NCBI RefSeq assembly: GCF_009914755.1
Contig: NC_060944.1
Strand: one strand, 5' to 3'
DNA: 64,000 nucleotides
From: the human T2T-CHM13v2.0 reference genome, Homo sapiens
Shown: one piece after another, positions 40,601-54,765 of the stretch
Layout: each line of letters starts with the position of its first letter
Numbering within the stretch: the stretch's first letter is position 1
The notes under the pieces: generated by a model
Seen by the model: the letters and a program-made list of their open reading frames with translations, nothing else
What the model was told of the DNA's origin: nothing
Database searches by the model: none
Made by a program: the position numbers and the translations under genes

Positions 40601-41926
40601 TGTCCAGTCTGCAGAGTCCAGAGTGCGGGTCCTGGATGGGGCTGAGGCACCAGATTCCTGCCTAGAGGAGGGTGAGTGACAGCGGGCTTGGAGCCCAGGC
40701 CCAGTTCAGAAGGTAAAACTGGAAGGACTGCCCACTGCTGGCCAGAGCCAAGGTTCAGGCAGACAGCAGGCCGCTCCCGGCCGCTGCAGAGGCGAGGGCA
40801 GCACAGGACTCCAAGCGCCCACAGAAAGTTCTATAAGCAGTTGGGGGCCTCTCCAGCCGACGCCTCAGGCTCAGCCTCCAGCCACATTCGTAGAGAGGCA
40901 AAGCAGAATCCAAATAAGTCAGTGCCAGGCAACACCGTCAGGAGCGTCCTCTCTGTACACGGAGACCCTCAGTGCATGCCGACACCCACACATACATGGG
41001 CACTTTTCTGTTGTCCTCCTGGAATGCATTTAACCTTGCAGAGACAGGCGAAGACTCCAAAAATTAAAAAGGAAGCAAAAGGAAGGAAGCAGGTTGAAGA
41101 GGAAACAAAGGTGAAAAGTAGAATGGAACGTGCTGAGGTTAGTAAATGTCTCAGCATTGTTAGAAAAGCCAGCTACGGTACTGCCTCTGAGCTTCCCAGT
41201 AGCCTAAGTAAAGAGGGAAACCATTTTTAGGCAATTCACAAGGAAAGACAAATAGGATATGGGGAGGAGTCCCCATCCCAAGACCTCAGACATGTCTCCC
41301 TTGAGGCTGCCCTGCACACTCACTTGCCGTTTCTATAGCATGGCAAAGTGTTAGTAACATTCTGGGTTGTGTTCATAGGTACCCACATTTCACAGAGTTT
41401 CCAAACAGATTGTTCATACATTCAGTGCTAATGTTCTGTGAATGCCCCTGGCGTCTCAGAAGACTTGCCTTATTGCTCTTTCCTTATGAAAGAGGCCACA
41501 GCCTGGTGGGGCACAGGAGCAGGTATTGAAGGTTCTGAAGCTCCTTTCTTCTCCTGGAAAGCAGGTCCCCCCAACAACTGGGGTCTCTGAATGACCCCCC
41601 CATCTTCCAGGCCTCTCTCCAGGAGGGTGTGGGCCAGCACCATTTGCGTAACCGTATCGTGACCTTTGTCCCTTGGGCTGCTTCCTTCTCTACCAGTGAC
41701 AACTCCTGTTTTCCTCCTGATTCTCCACGGCTGAGGACTCAGAATCACAAATGCTAGTGGGCTGAGTGTTCAGACACAGAGGTCGTGTTTGGAGCGGAAC
41801 ACCCAAGTTATGGTTAGACTGAAACAGGATGTTGGGACTGCATCTTGTCACAAAGCCCTGGAGCTTTCTCGTGATTGGACGGGGCCTGTTAGACACAGAC
41901 GGAAAAGGCATAAAGATCTAGGAAGT

Positions 41927-42835
<909 letters not shown>

Positions 42836-42899
42836 GCCTGTACTTTTTTTTAACTACAACACTGTGTTTAATCCTGAAGACAACACAAACCCTCCTGCT

Positions 42900-43760
42900 G
42901 CTGTCCAATTGCATTAGTTTTATTAGGAATTTGCTTTTAGGGAACAAAGGGGCTTGTTTGTGTGTTTGTGCTCATCTCTCAGCAATCACAGCACTGTCAT
43001 TTTTATCTTTGTCAGTGACAATCAGATGTCAGAAATGATTGATCCACTAAGTTGTTGCTGATTTTAATTTGTTTACCATTGGGCAAACAGTACTATAAAA
43101 GCAGTTTGGAATTTTCCTGTCACTTCAAAAAAAAAAAATGTAATGATTCCGTCCTTAGAAGGGGAACAGATCCGGGGAGCCACAGCAGACCCTTGCCTGG
43201 GTTGATCCTGTCCATCAGAGGAGCCACCGGGGGGCTCTGGAGTCTGGAAGTTTCATTGCTCTGTTGAACCAGACAGGGTGGAAATGCCTGGTGTCATCAC
43301 ATTTAAAAACATTTTCACATGAAAATGTTTCACATGAAACCCACAAGTAGGAGGTGCCATTGGCTGGGAAGATATCTAAAGTGAACTATTGAGAAGAGGG
43401 AACAGACACGTTATTTATTCTTTCAAGGCAGGCAACAGTAAAAGGTGAATGCGAGGGGAAAACACTTTATCTAATGTAACAGTGAGTCGCTTTTTTTGGT
43501 TTCTCGAATAAATAGTAATTAAATCATGTAAGCTGTGACAGCAAAATTGCTTGAAAAACCAATCCTCCCACCATAATTGCTTAGATACCCACATTTTTAT
43601 AAATAGGAGTTAACTTTATCCGTGGCTTTTATGAGCAGAATGTGACACGGGCTGTGGGTGCGTCGTAATTTACCACGGCTGTAGGTGACAGTTGCAAAAG
43701 CACACGTCTAAAAAATGCACTAATGTGTCCGGATGAATCTGCGCCTCTGGAGGTGTCTTT
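42900..43760. promoter_or_regulatory. Candidate developmental enhancer (AT-rich non-repeat island with PBX-HOX/MEIS/E-box cluster)
   Basis: TGATTGAT at 43036, four TGACA/TGTCA sites at 42994-43031, CAGATG at 43023, several TAAT cores. Confidence 0.5.
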
Positions 43761-44534
43761 TTCTGCAGCAGAATTAGAGATGGCCATGATGCTGGAGCCG
43801 TGAAGGGAGGTTGGCATCCTGGTGCCTACTGGTTAATGTTTTGGAAGCGAAGCAATGCTCAGCACCCAGCGGTATCAATAGACTGTCTGACTTCAACTCT
43901 GTTTCCAGTTCACCAAGAAAGCACTTGGTGGGGCCAGGGTCTGCCCTGGCCACACCTGCCTAGCCCACCCCAAGGCCATTTGCAGGCATCAGGTCTGGCT
44001 TAATAATAAAAAGGACCAGAAACACAGCAGAGCCGAGTTCTGCTGCCAGAATCCACCTGCCATGGGGGAATGGTCCCCAGATGCCAGCTCTCTCTTGCTC
44101 CTTCCTTGTACTTAGCCTTCTTGGAGTGGAAAAACAGGTCCATTAGTGGCTTCACAGTCTCTGCTGGCAGGAAGAAGATTTGCATAGGCAAGAGTGGGGG
44201 GAACTGAGGGAATATTTTTGAGGTGGAGAATACCCACTGTGCCGCTCACAGACTCCGGCTGAATTCGGAGATAACAGCGGCAAGGGAGAGATGCGTTTGC
44301 AGAAGGGAGTGCAGCTGTGTTGTAAATAGAATGGAAGCTCAGTGTTGCTTTTCTTCCCCCCCTTTTTTAAAGGCCTCTGGCTAATTCTCTAGGGGGTTGA
44401 GATAAAACACACCACCTTCTCGGGAGGTGGAGAAATCAGTGCAAACCTCATGCCCCTCATGCCCACTGGGGGCCTGTAGGGCGTCCTGCGTGGTTGCTGC
44501 CATTGTTACCGCCCTTCTGCTGGCCAAGCCGACC

Positions 44535-44560
44535 CTGACTCTCTCCCCCTCCTCTTGCAG
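44535..44560 (+). other. CDH4: 3' splice site of CDH4 intron 2 (branch point + polypyrimidine tract + AG)
   Basis: CTGAC branch-point consensus at 44535-44539 (A at -23), then a pyrimidine tract and TGCAG. Confidence 0.9.
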
Positions 44561-44787
44561 TCAAGTTCAGCAGCTGTGTGGGGACCAAGGGGACACAATA
44601 TGAGACCAACAGCATGGACTTCAAAGTTGGGGCAGATGGGACAGTCTTCGCCACCCGGGAGCTGCAGGTCCCCTCCGAGCAGGTGGCGTTCACGGTGACT
44701 GCATGGGACAGCCAGACAGCAGAGAAATGGGACGCCGTGGTGCGGTTGCTGGTGGCCCAGACCTCGTCCCCGCACTCTGGACACAAG
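44561..44787 (+). CDS. CDH4: Cadherin-4 (R-cadherin) coding exon 3, prodomain segment (phase 1 start, phase 0 end)
   Basis: Translates as (V)[75 protein letters not shown], which I recognise as the human R-cadherin prodomain, including the cadherin-pro DF.V..DG.V motif. Flanked by ctctctccccctcctcttgcAG| and AAG|GTaagg. Length 227 bp. Confidence 0.97.
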
Positions 44788-44793
44788 GTAAGG
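44785..44793 (+). other. CDH4: 5' splice site of CDH4 intron 3
   Basis: AAG|GTAAGG, close to the U1 consensus. Confidence 0.93.
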
Positions 44794-44961
44794 TGTGACC
44801 GCCCGGGTCTGCGCTGGAGTTTAGATGACCTAGTTCCTCCTGCAGGCCCTGGGCAGAGCCTCTGCCAGGGCTCCCACAGGACAGACAGTCACCTCCTCCT
44901 CGGGCTGTGCCACTCAGGCCATTGCCAACCAAGCACCCCTGCCCTCTGCACTGACCTGAGG

Positions 44962-45120
44962 CAGGGCCGTCATTGCGGGAAGGCCCCCTGGGCAGGCACA
45001 CAGGCCCCACACTCAGGTTCAGACACTATGCCACGGTCTTGTCGCTCTTCATATGTTTTTGAACAAGGGGCCCCAAATTTTCATTTCAAACTGGGCACTG
45101 CAAATTCTGGAATCTCTCCT
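44962..45120. mobile_element. MER91A-like hAT-Tip100 remnant
   Basis: cagggccg start; gaacaaggggccccaaattttcatttcaaactgggcactgcaaatt. Confidence 0.6.
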
Positions 45121-45229
45121 ACCTCCCGAAGTTTGTAGTCCACCAGGCCCAGGGCGTTCTGAAGCCTGGAGGGATGAGAAGCAAGCGGAGACTGTGTGGT
45201 TGGAAAGGAGCCAACCAGAGAGTGGGGAG

Positions 45230-45530
45230 GCGATGGAGAGAATAAGAGAGAGGAAGGCAGGTGCAGGGAGACAGCAAAGGAGAGGGAGAAGAGAATGAGA
45301 GAGGGATGGGGAGAAAGAGAGAAGAGAGGTGGAGAGAGACAGGAAAGGAGAGGGAGGGAGAGGAAGAGAGGGAGAGAGAGAAGGAGGGAGAGAGATGGAA
45401 AGAGGTGGAGGGAGAGAGAGAAGGAAAGGGAGGGAGAGGAAGAGAGGGAGAGAGAGAAGGAGGGAGAGAGATGGAGAGAGGTGGAGGGAGAGAGAGAAGG
45501 AAAGGGAGGGAGAGAGAGAGACAGACAGAC
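45230..45530. repeat. ~300-bp GA polypurine tract with a 76-bp internal repeat
   Basis: AGGGAGGGAGAG anchors at 45351, 45427, 45503. Confidence 0.92.
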
Positions 45531-46438
45531 AGCTTCACACAGACATAAAACATCTGCTGTTCAGGATCCCAGCTGCCCTCCGACTCTGCCTCCTTCTAAC
45601 CCGGCTGCCTGGCTCACCCGGGTGACAGGGAGGGGCGCCTTCACCATGCCCTGTCCTGAGGCTCCCTTTCATCCTGGCATATTCCAGCAATCCAGCACCA
45701 GGCTCCTGAACAACCTGCGTTCATCCCCAGTTCTAGCTGTTAGGTTCCCCGTGCCTGACGGGGAAGTGGCCAGGTCCCCTTCGCCTTGAGTGTCCTGGCG
45801 TTGGTTGCAGCCACTGCGCCAGCCTTCAGGTGTGGAGGCTGCTGAAGAAGCTGCAACCAGGCGGCCTGTGGGAGAGCACTAAGGAAGGCCAGCCTGCAGG
45901 TCCAGCTGTTGCAGCTGCCTGCCTGAGGGGCCCCAGTGGTGGAAAGAATGTGTGCCAACCCCTCCAGATCCCCCCAGTTAACATGAGGCCTCTATGGGGT
46001 CGTTTGAGATACGGTGAGCAAAGGAAATCACCACGCAAGGCGGCGGCCACTAGCAATCATGGGCACTCCCTCGGAAAAGGGCCCTCGGGAAGTAAAGCGT
46101 TAAGCAGAGGCAAGCAGATTCCTTTCCGTGGGTTTCCCAGAACCTCATGACTCATGTGCTGTGTAAGCCTCTGAGTGAGACCAGTCTGCAAGTTTCCCCA
46201 AACTGTCTGACCAAGGAACCCTTCTCCATGGAAAGCTTGCAAGACAGGTGTGCCAAGGAACCCACTTTGGGAAGGGAGGGACCTGTGTCTTCTTCTGACT
46301 TGTTTCTCAGATGGAAGCGGAGATGGAAGCGGAGGTGGTTTAGGTTAGAAAAGAGAAAGTGTGACTCAGATGGACAGTCTTCACTGCATGATGAGCTGAC
46401 CCCACGGGGGAAGGAGGTCTTGAGAGTCCTCCTGAGTG

Positions 46439-47173
46439 TGTTAAACCAAGCAGCAGAGCACGCCTCTAACGGCAGTGGCCCCCAAATCATGAGCCCCACC
46501 TGTGAGTCCTGACGAGTCTAGGACGGTGTATGTCATTTTCCTTCTTCCCTGAGTGATTATTACAAGCCACGCCCTGGTGAGCAAGGCAGGCCCTTGGACA
46601 GCCTGGGGACCCTGTCCCATGGGGGTCCCTTCCCTCCCTGAGCTGTGCCGGGACACTGACAGGCAGGGACTTTCATCCCCATCATGCCTGTGACTTCCAA
46701 GCTGTCCCCAAGTCCCCGATTGTGAGCCGAGAGCAGAGCCCCTGAGAGCCTTCCAAGGCCTCCGATAAAGGCTCTAATTGAAAATATAATGACACCTTTT
46801 CTTGGGCATGTTAATGAAGCGATTTCAGATTTAATCCCCTGATCCTCTGCAGAAGGGGCAGGCCCAGCTGTGGTTGCCGCTAGACAGTCCCCGTGGGAAT
46901 GTGCCTCGACCCACACCAGGCTGGTGCAGGAAGCACCCAACCAGCGGAGCAGGGGACACTGAATTCATGTCCCAGGCTCAGCGCACCCTGGGGAGCCCAG
47001 ATGTTAAACCAGGCAGCAGAGCGTGCCTCTAACAGCAGTGGCCCCCAAATCGTGAGCCCCACCTGTGAGTCCGGCGTATGTCGTTTTCGTACTTTCCTGA
47101 GTGATTATTACAAGCCACGCCCTGGTGAACAAGGCAGGCCCTTGGGCAGCCTGAGGACCCTGTCCCATGGGGG
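46439..47173 (+). repeat. Spaced direct duplication (46439-46625 and 47002-47173)
   Basis: Manual alignment: ~13 mismatches over ~172 bp plus one 15-nt indel. Confidence 0.93.
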
Positions 47174-48080
47174 CCATGGGGTCACTGTGGGGCACAGCCC
47201 TGAGTCCCTGAGACATGACTGTTGCAGGGCACAGTGGGCAGTCTCTGCAGCCCAGGAGACCCGGTCCTCCAGCGCTTTTGTTGCCAATGGTTCCTCTCCT
47301 GACTTTCTAGCACCCACTCAGACCTTGCCCCAAGTGGTGTAGGCTCATCTAACCCTCTCCACACCCCTGGAAGTGGGTGCTGTTACATCATGGATGAGGG
47401 TGCTGAGCATGTGACCACAGCCCTGTGCTGCACAGGAGAACTGATGTGTGGGGAAGGAGTGGAAAAGGACTTTGCAGGTATGGCAGAGCCCGGCATGGCG
47501 CAAGAGCAGCCACCCAGGGTGTGGGTGCACGGCAAGGCTTCTGCGACTTACTGGCTGGGTGTTTTGGGAGAATTCACACAACTTTGAGGTGAACTGCTCT
47601 GGAGAATGGGAGAGTAATGCTACCCATGTCCCAGCCAAAGGGTGCTGGTATTTCATGAGGTTATGGAGGTCAGGAGGTGGAAAACAGCAGCGCATATGGC
47701 TGTCATTGCCTGGTTCCAGGCTTCACAGTCCTGTGCTTATCACAGTGCTGGGCCTTGCCAGGTGGCATGGGGGCAGGAGGAGGCAGGCAGGGAGTGGGGG
47801 TCACTGTGGGACGCTGGGCCACCTGGTTGATGCGCCCTTACAGAGCGTGATGCCAGCCTCTATAGATGATCAAGGTGACACCGGATTGCTGGTGTCCTGG
47901 CCGCCTGCCAGAAGCAACTGTGCATCTCCCCCAGTGTGAACTGTCACCCAGGCCTTCAGCTGTGCCCATCTCCTTTCATATTCAACGTCCAGCACTCGGC
48001 CTCATGACTGGGCACATGAGGAGGGACAAGACATAGAAAGAACAATCGAAAGAAGAGGCAGATAAGAAAGGACCCACAGG

Positions 48081-48385
48081 GACCGGGCGCGGTGGCTCAC
48101 GCCTGTAATCTGAGCATTTTGGGAGGCCGAGGCGGGCGGATCATGAGGTTAGGAGATCGAGACCATCTGGCTAACACGGTGAAACTCTGTCTCTACTAAA
48201 AATACAAACAAAAATAAAATTAGCCGGGCGTAGTGGCAGGTGCCTATAGTCCCAGATCCTCGAGAAGCTGAGGCAGGAGAATGGCATGAACCTGGGAGGC
48301 GGAGCTCGCAGTGAGCCGAGTGAGCCACCGCACTCCAGCCTAGGCAACAGAGTGAGACTCTGTCTCAAAAAAAAAAAAAAAAAAA
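48081..48385 (+). mobile_element. AluY
   Basis: ggagatcgagaccatc, ggctaacacggtgaaac, gaatggcatgaacc. Pure A tail. TSD GACCCACAG at 48071 and 48386. Confidence 0.95.
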
Positions 48386-49054
48386 GACCCACAGAGGCTC
48401 CAGAGCATGGGGCAATCAGAGAGATTTTACACTAACTACACTTACTATCTTTAAGCAAATTAAATAGAAGACTTTGAGAGATAATTAGAAGGTATAAAAC
48501 AGAATTCTTAATCGTTGGGCAGTTTGGAATTGAAAACTAAACCAAACAAAATGAAGAGCTCAATGGATACATATATCTGCAGATTTGACATAGCTGAAGA
48601 ATTAGTGAAGCAAAATATATCAAAAACATTCGTGCTCTAAAGCGTGAAGAGATACACAGAAGGAAAATACAGAAGCAACCGTAAGAGATATTAGAGAGGC
48701 AGTAAGAAGGTCTAATGTGTATATTTGCAATATGAGGGGGAGAGAGAAAATGGGGCAGAAGTAATATTTGAAAATATAGTGGCAGAAAATATTCCAAAAC
48801 TGATAACATTCATTTAGGCATGGATTCAAGAAGCCCTGTGAACTCTATGCAGGAGAAATATTTAAAAAAAAAAACAGCACCTGGATGCTTTATAGTAAAA
48901 TAGTTAGAACCCAAAGACAAAGAGGAAATCTCAAAAGCAGACAGAAAAGGCAGAATTCCTTTGAGGAAGCAATGACTAGGAGGCTGACTTCTCCGCAGGA
49001 GCTGGGGCGTTGTGGGGGGGTTGGAAGACCGTTCCATTCCATGCCATTGAATGA

Positions 49055-49313
<259 letters not shown>

Positions 49314-50617
49314 GGAATATCTTAAAAGTGCTAAAAGAAAATAGAATTCTATCATCCAGTAAAACTGTCTTTCAGGAAGTAAAGTTGAATGAAGAGAAAC
49401 TGAAAGAATCTGTCCCAAATGATGTTCTTCAAACAAAAATAAAACAAGTTGAGGTGAACACTCAGAAATGGAGGAAAGAATGAAGAGCTGGGAAAAGGCC
49501 AAGAACACTGAAAAATACAAATGAATCACAGCAGTGTAATGTTTCATGGGTGTAAACAGAGAACTCGAATTTACAGCAAAAACTGCATAAACTTTGAGAA
49601 GGGATAAATGGAATCAAAGAGATAGAAGTTGTTTGCATTTTTCTCAAAAATGATGGAAATAACAAATTAATATTACTCCTAAATAAGACGAAAATACTTG
49701 TTATAAAGTCTTTAGAAAATCACTAAAAGAGTCATAAAAGTCTGTAAGTAGTAACGTAATAAAAGGAAAAAATAGAATAATAAAAATTATCAAGCCAAAA
49801 AATGCAAAAAAGAGAAATGAAAACAGAATAGATGGGCTACACATTTCTCTTTGTTGTAATTTAAAAAATTGATGGATAAAGATAAATCCAACTATATGCA
49901 GTTTGTAAAAGATATACCTAAAAGGTATAAGGCTAAAGTTTAGCAGTAAAATCCTAGAGAAATAAATACCATGCAAGTACCAATCAAAAGGAAGCTAGTG
50001 GACTCTGTTAATATCAGATGAATAGAATCTGAGGAAAAAGCATTCTATTCAAGGAGGAACACTTCGTAATGATAAATAATTCACCAAGAAGATACAGGAA
50101 TCCTAAATTTGTGTGCACTTAATAATATGACTTCAAAATATTTATGCCAAAATTGATAGAAATAAAAGGAGAAGTAACTATGCAATCAGTGGTCAATTTT
50201 AACAAAATTTCTTAGCAAATAATAGAACAAGCAGAAAATATCAGTAAGGAAATAGATTAGAATCACACAATTAACAGGTCTGGCTTTACTGAGACATATA
50301 AAAGCACAGAAACCAACCACTGCTAAATACACATGATTTTTAAGTATAGACAGAACATTTACAAATATTAACCAAGCAAGTCCCAACATACTTCATAGCC
50401 TTCAAGCAATTCTCAACATACTTCAAAGGTTTAAAATCAAAACATAGTTTGTTTTCTTAACTCAGAGCAAGTAGGCTAGAAATCAATAACAAAGAATGTA
50501 ACTGGAAAATCCCCATAGATTTAGAAGTTAAGTAAAAGCCTTCTCATTAACCCTTGGGCAGGAAAAAAAAAAATCACATGGAAATTAGTGAATATTTTGA
50601 ACTGAGTAATAAAACTA

Positions 50618-51014
<397 letters not shown>

Positions 51015-52117
51015 TCATCTCAAGAAACTATAAAAATAACTGAAAATGAGACCCAAAGTCTAAAGAAAGAAATTGTTAAAACAGGAGGAGAAAACAATGA
51101 AACAGAAAACAATAGAAATAACAAAATTGGTCCTTTAAACTACAAGGCTGATCAGACTGAGCAAAAAGAAAAGGTATAAACTGCAACTAATCCTTATCAG
51201 GAATGAAAAGATGACATCATGACTAATCTCATGGACGTCAGAAAGATCATTTGGGGATATTATATACAATTTATACCAATACACTTAAAAATATACATGA
51301 AAAGGATAATAGTGTAGAAATATACACCTTACCAAACTAACATAAGAAAAAATCCTGCACTGTTTTATTGTTACAAACAAAACTAAAATCCTTATCACAA
51401 AGAACTGTCCACACCTGTTGGCTCCACTAGTAAGTTCTACCCAAGCTGTCAGGAAAAATTAAAACAAATCTTACACAAACCTATCCAAAGATTACAAAAA
51501 GAGGAATTGCTCTCCCAAAGTTTTGTCCTCCCAAATCCTTATAGGGAGGATACACACACTGGAGGTACAAGCCAATGCAGTAAGGCAAGAAAAAGAAATT
51601 AGAATAAATGAAACTGACATTATTTGTAGCTTATATGATTATGAATGTTAGAAAATGTAATCTGTCCTAAAAGAACCTGTACTAAGTTACTGGGACTCGT
51701 GAGTAAGGTTAGCAAGGGTGCTGGATGTAATAGTTGTACTTCTATGTACCAGGGATAAATCCTTAGAAAATAAAATCTGAACTAGATCCCAATTACAATA
51801 GCATTAAAAACGATCATATAACTGGGAATAAATCTAACAAAAATGTACAAGACTTCTTACATTTTGTTGAGAAAAATTAAAGAACTATAAAAATGGAGGG
51901 ATATGCTGAGCTCATAACTTGGAAGGCTTATGTTAGAATATTGATTCTACCCAAAGTTGCCATAGAGTCAACACAACCTCAATAAAAATTCCAGCAGATT
52001 TTTTGTTTGCTCGTTTCGGGAAGAGTAAAGAGCTGACTTAAAATTTTTTAATGGAAATGGAAAGGGCGAAGGTAGCCTAGAACAAGAAAAAGATGGGAGG
52101 ACACATCCTTCCAGACA

Positions 52118-52284
52118 AGTTGTTGGGGCTGTCCTGTGTGCTACAGGATAGTAAGCCAGACTCCTGGCCTCTACCCACTAAACGCCAGGTAAAGCCCCAT
52201 AACCTCCATATGCAACCAAAGCTCTTTCCAGCCACTGCCAAATGTTCCCTGGGGGGCAAAACTGCCCCCTTTTGAGAACCACTG
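52118..52284 (-). mobile_element. MER20 fragment
   Basis: ctgccaaatgttccctggggggcaaaactgcccccttttgagaaccactg. Confidence 0.85.
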
Positions 52285-52515
52285 AACTACAGCCATTAAA
52301 ACGGTGTCATTTTGAAGCAAAGATGATTAGATAGACACTTGGAACAAAAATAATGAGCCCAGAAAAAGACATGTAATGTGTTTAAAAATCAGCTTCATGG
52401 ACGTATAACTCTCATACTACAAAATCCACCCAGTTCATCTTTACAATCTGATGAGCCTTGTCAAATGCCCAGGGTGCAGACGCTTGATTTTTTATTATAA
52501 GAGCAGTGCTGTAGA

Positions 52516-52706
52516 GCAGGTGCCAGCATGCTGTAGCCCACAGGCCTTTTATGGCCAGCAAGCTAAGACTGGTTTTTACATTTTTAAATGGTTCCATTTT
52601 AAAGGGTTATGTAAGTACCTATACGATGTCCTCAATTTTGCCCCTTAACCTGAGATGCCTAAAATATTTACCATCTGGCCATTTGGGGGAAAGTTTGCCC
52701 ATTTCT
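52516..52706. mobile_element. MER58-type (hAT-Charlie) fragment
   Basis: gctaagactggtttttacatttttaaatggtt...cctaaaatatttaccatctggccattt...aaagtttgcc. Confidence 0.8.
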
Positions 52707-52963
52707 ACAGAAACAACAGAGGAAAGACTGTCTTTTCAATAAATGATGCTGGGCCAATGGGGCATCTTTAAGAAAAAAGTAAAATGACCCCTACCTCACA
52801 CCACAACCAAAATCCATTTGAGGTGGACTGAAAACCTAAACAGGAAAGGCAAAGCAATGCAGCTGGGAGTGAACTGACCCCCGGGTGTGGAAAGCTTCCT
52901 CGCACATGGCACGTGAAGCGTGAAACACGGGAAAGAATGATCACTGGACTTTATTAAAAATAA

Positions 52964-53271
<308 letters not shown>

Positions 53272-54765
53272 GAACTTCTGATCATCAAAACATATATCTT
53301 AAAAATGAGACAATAAGGCAGAGTCTGGGAAAGGACATTTGCAGCACTCGTATACTCTTGATGGGAGTGTACAATGGTACAAACACTTTAGACAGCAATT
53401 CAGAATTACTATTAAAGTCAAATATACATATGCCTCGTTTTTGGTGTATGCCCATAGCAGTATAGGCAGGTAATACCAAGAACTCTGTACGGGACGTTAA
53501 GAGAAATCTTACGCATAATCACCAAAAGCTGGAAACAACACACATGCCCTCACCATTGCAATGAGTCAATAAATTGCAGTGGGCTCCTAAAGTGGAATAT
53601 TATACGGCAGTAAAAGTGAACAAACTGCAGCTAGAAGCAACAAAGCCAGCGAATCTCACAAACAGACCAAAGAAGGAGAGCAGGCAGGTGCCTGGCAGCA
53701 GGAACACGTGTCAGCCGAGTGACCGCACTCCCATGAAGTCCAAATTCGGGTGGCACTGAGGTGCAGAGTTACAGTCGGTTGAGGGTTCCTTTCAGGGGGC
53801 AGCAGGAAGCCATGCTGGGGGACACCAGAGGGTGGGAGGGAGTCTTGTGGCAAGACAGGTGCTCATTCTGCCATCATTTTTTTAGCTGGTGTTCTGTACG
53901 CTGTTGTACTTATAGTCTATTACTCACAATTTAATTTTTTTAAACAAATGCATGCAGAGGGCTACCTAACTGTGTTTAGAGAAGGTGGGAGTTCTGATGG
54001 GGGCACGTGGTAAGCAAGAGTTCTGCTGGCAGAAGGTTCTGGAGAAACAAATGGCCTCCTTCAAAGCATCAGTTTACAGAGCGCTGGGAGTCCCAGGGCA
54101 GTGTTTATTGAGAGGAGCCTGGAAGCAGATTCTGCCAGGGCAGGTGCATGGGGACCCCTAATTTCCTGGTTCTGTAAATTTCATTTCTCTTATGTCGAGG
54201 TTTCTTCAAGTGCCGCCTCCTCTGTCCATTATTTTAGCGACTCTGGGGAGCTGGGTAAAACTGACAGCTTTACAGTTAGATGAACCATAAAAATTTGGCA
54301 ACTTTTCTCCTTCTTTTGTCGCCCTCTCTTAGCAACTATTTAAAAGCAGCCTTTCTGTGGGCAATGCAGGCAGTGCTGGAATCTGGAAGAACTGTTTTTT
54401 GGTGCAGTCTTGCAGGAAAGCTGATAGCAATTCAATTAGGAAATGCAAATGAGGTCACATATTTCCCACCGGAGGGCTGAGTCACCCCTGAGGAATCAGA
54501 GCAATATTCTGGCCTCACAGGAAACACTCGAGACCAAGCTCTCACCCAGTTGTCATCTGACTAGCTGCTGCAGCACTGAAAAGTGGCAATAGGACCTGTG
54601 GGTATGGTTTGCAAAAAAAGAAACTGTTGTTTATGAAACTAATATTGTATCTTCTAGCACACGTCAGCGTTTATGAGGATGAACTCGGCCGAGCAATGTC
54701 CCACGGCCAGGCGGGTCCAGGCGCTGACCTGTGGACTTTCCTGGGTGTTTCTGTCCCCCCAGGTC

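Noticed and set aside
44788-45138. C-terminal part of the 186-aa ORF 44578-45138 as normal CDS
   Set aside because: Cadherin similarity ends exactly at the AAG|GTAAGG donor. The rest is intron, including a MER91-like remnant.
45119-45789. Arg/Glu-rich and Ser/Leu/Pro-rich ORFs
   Set aside because: Products of the GA polypurine tract.
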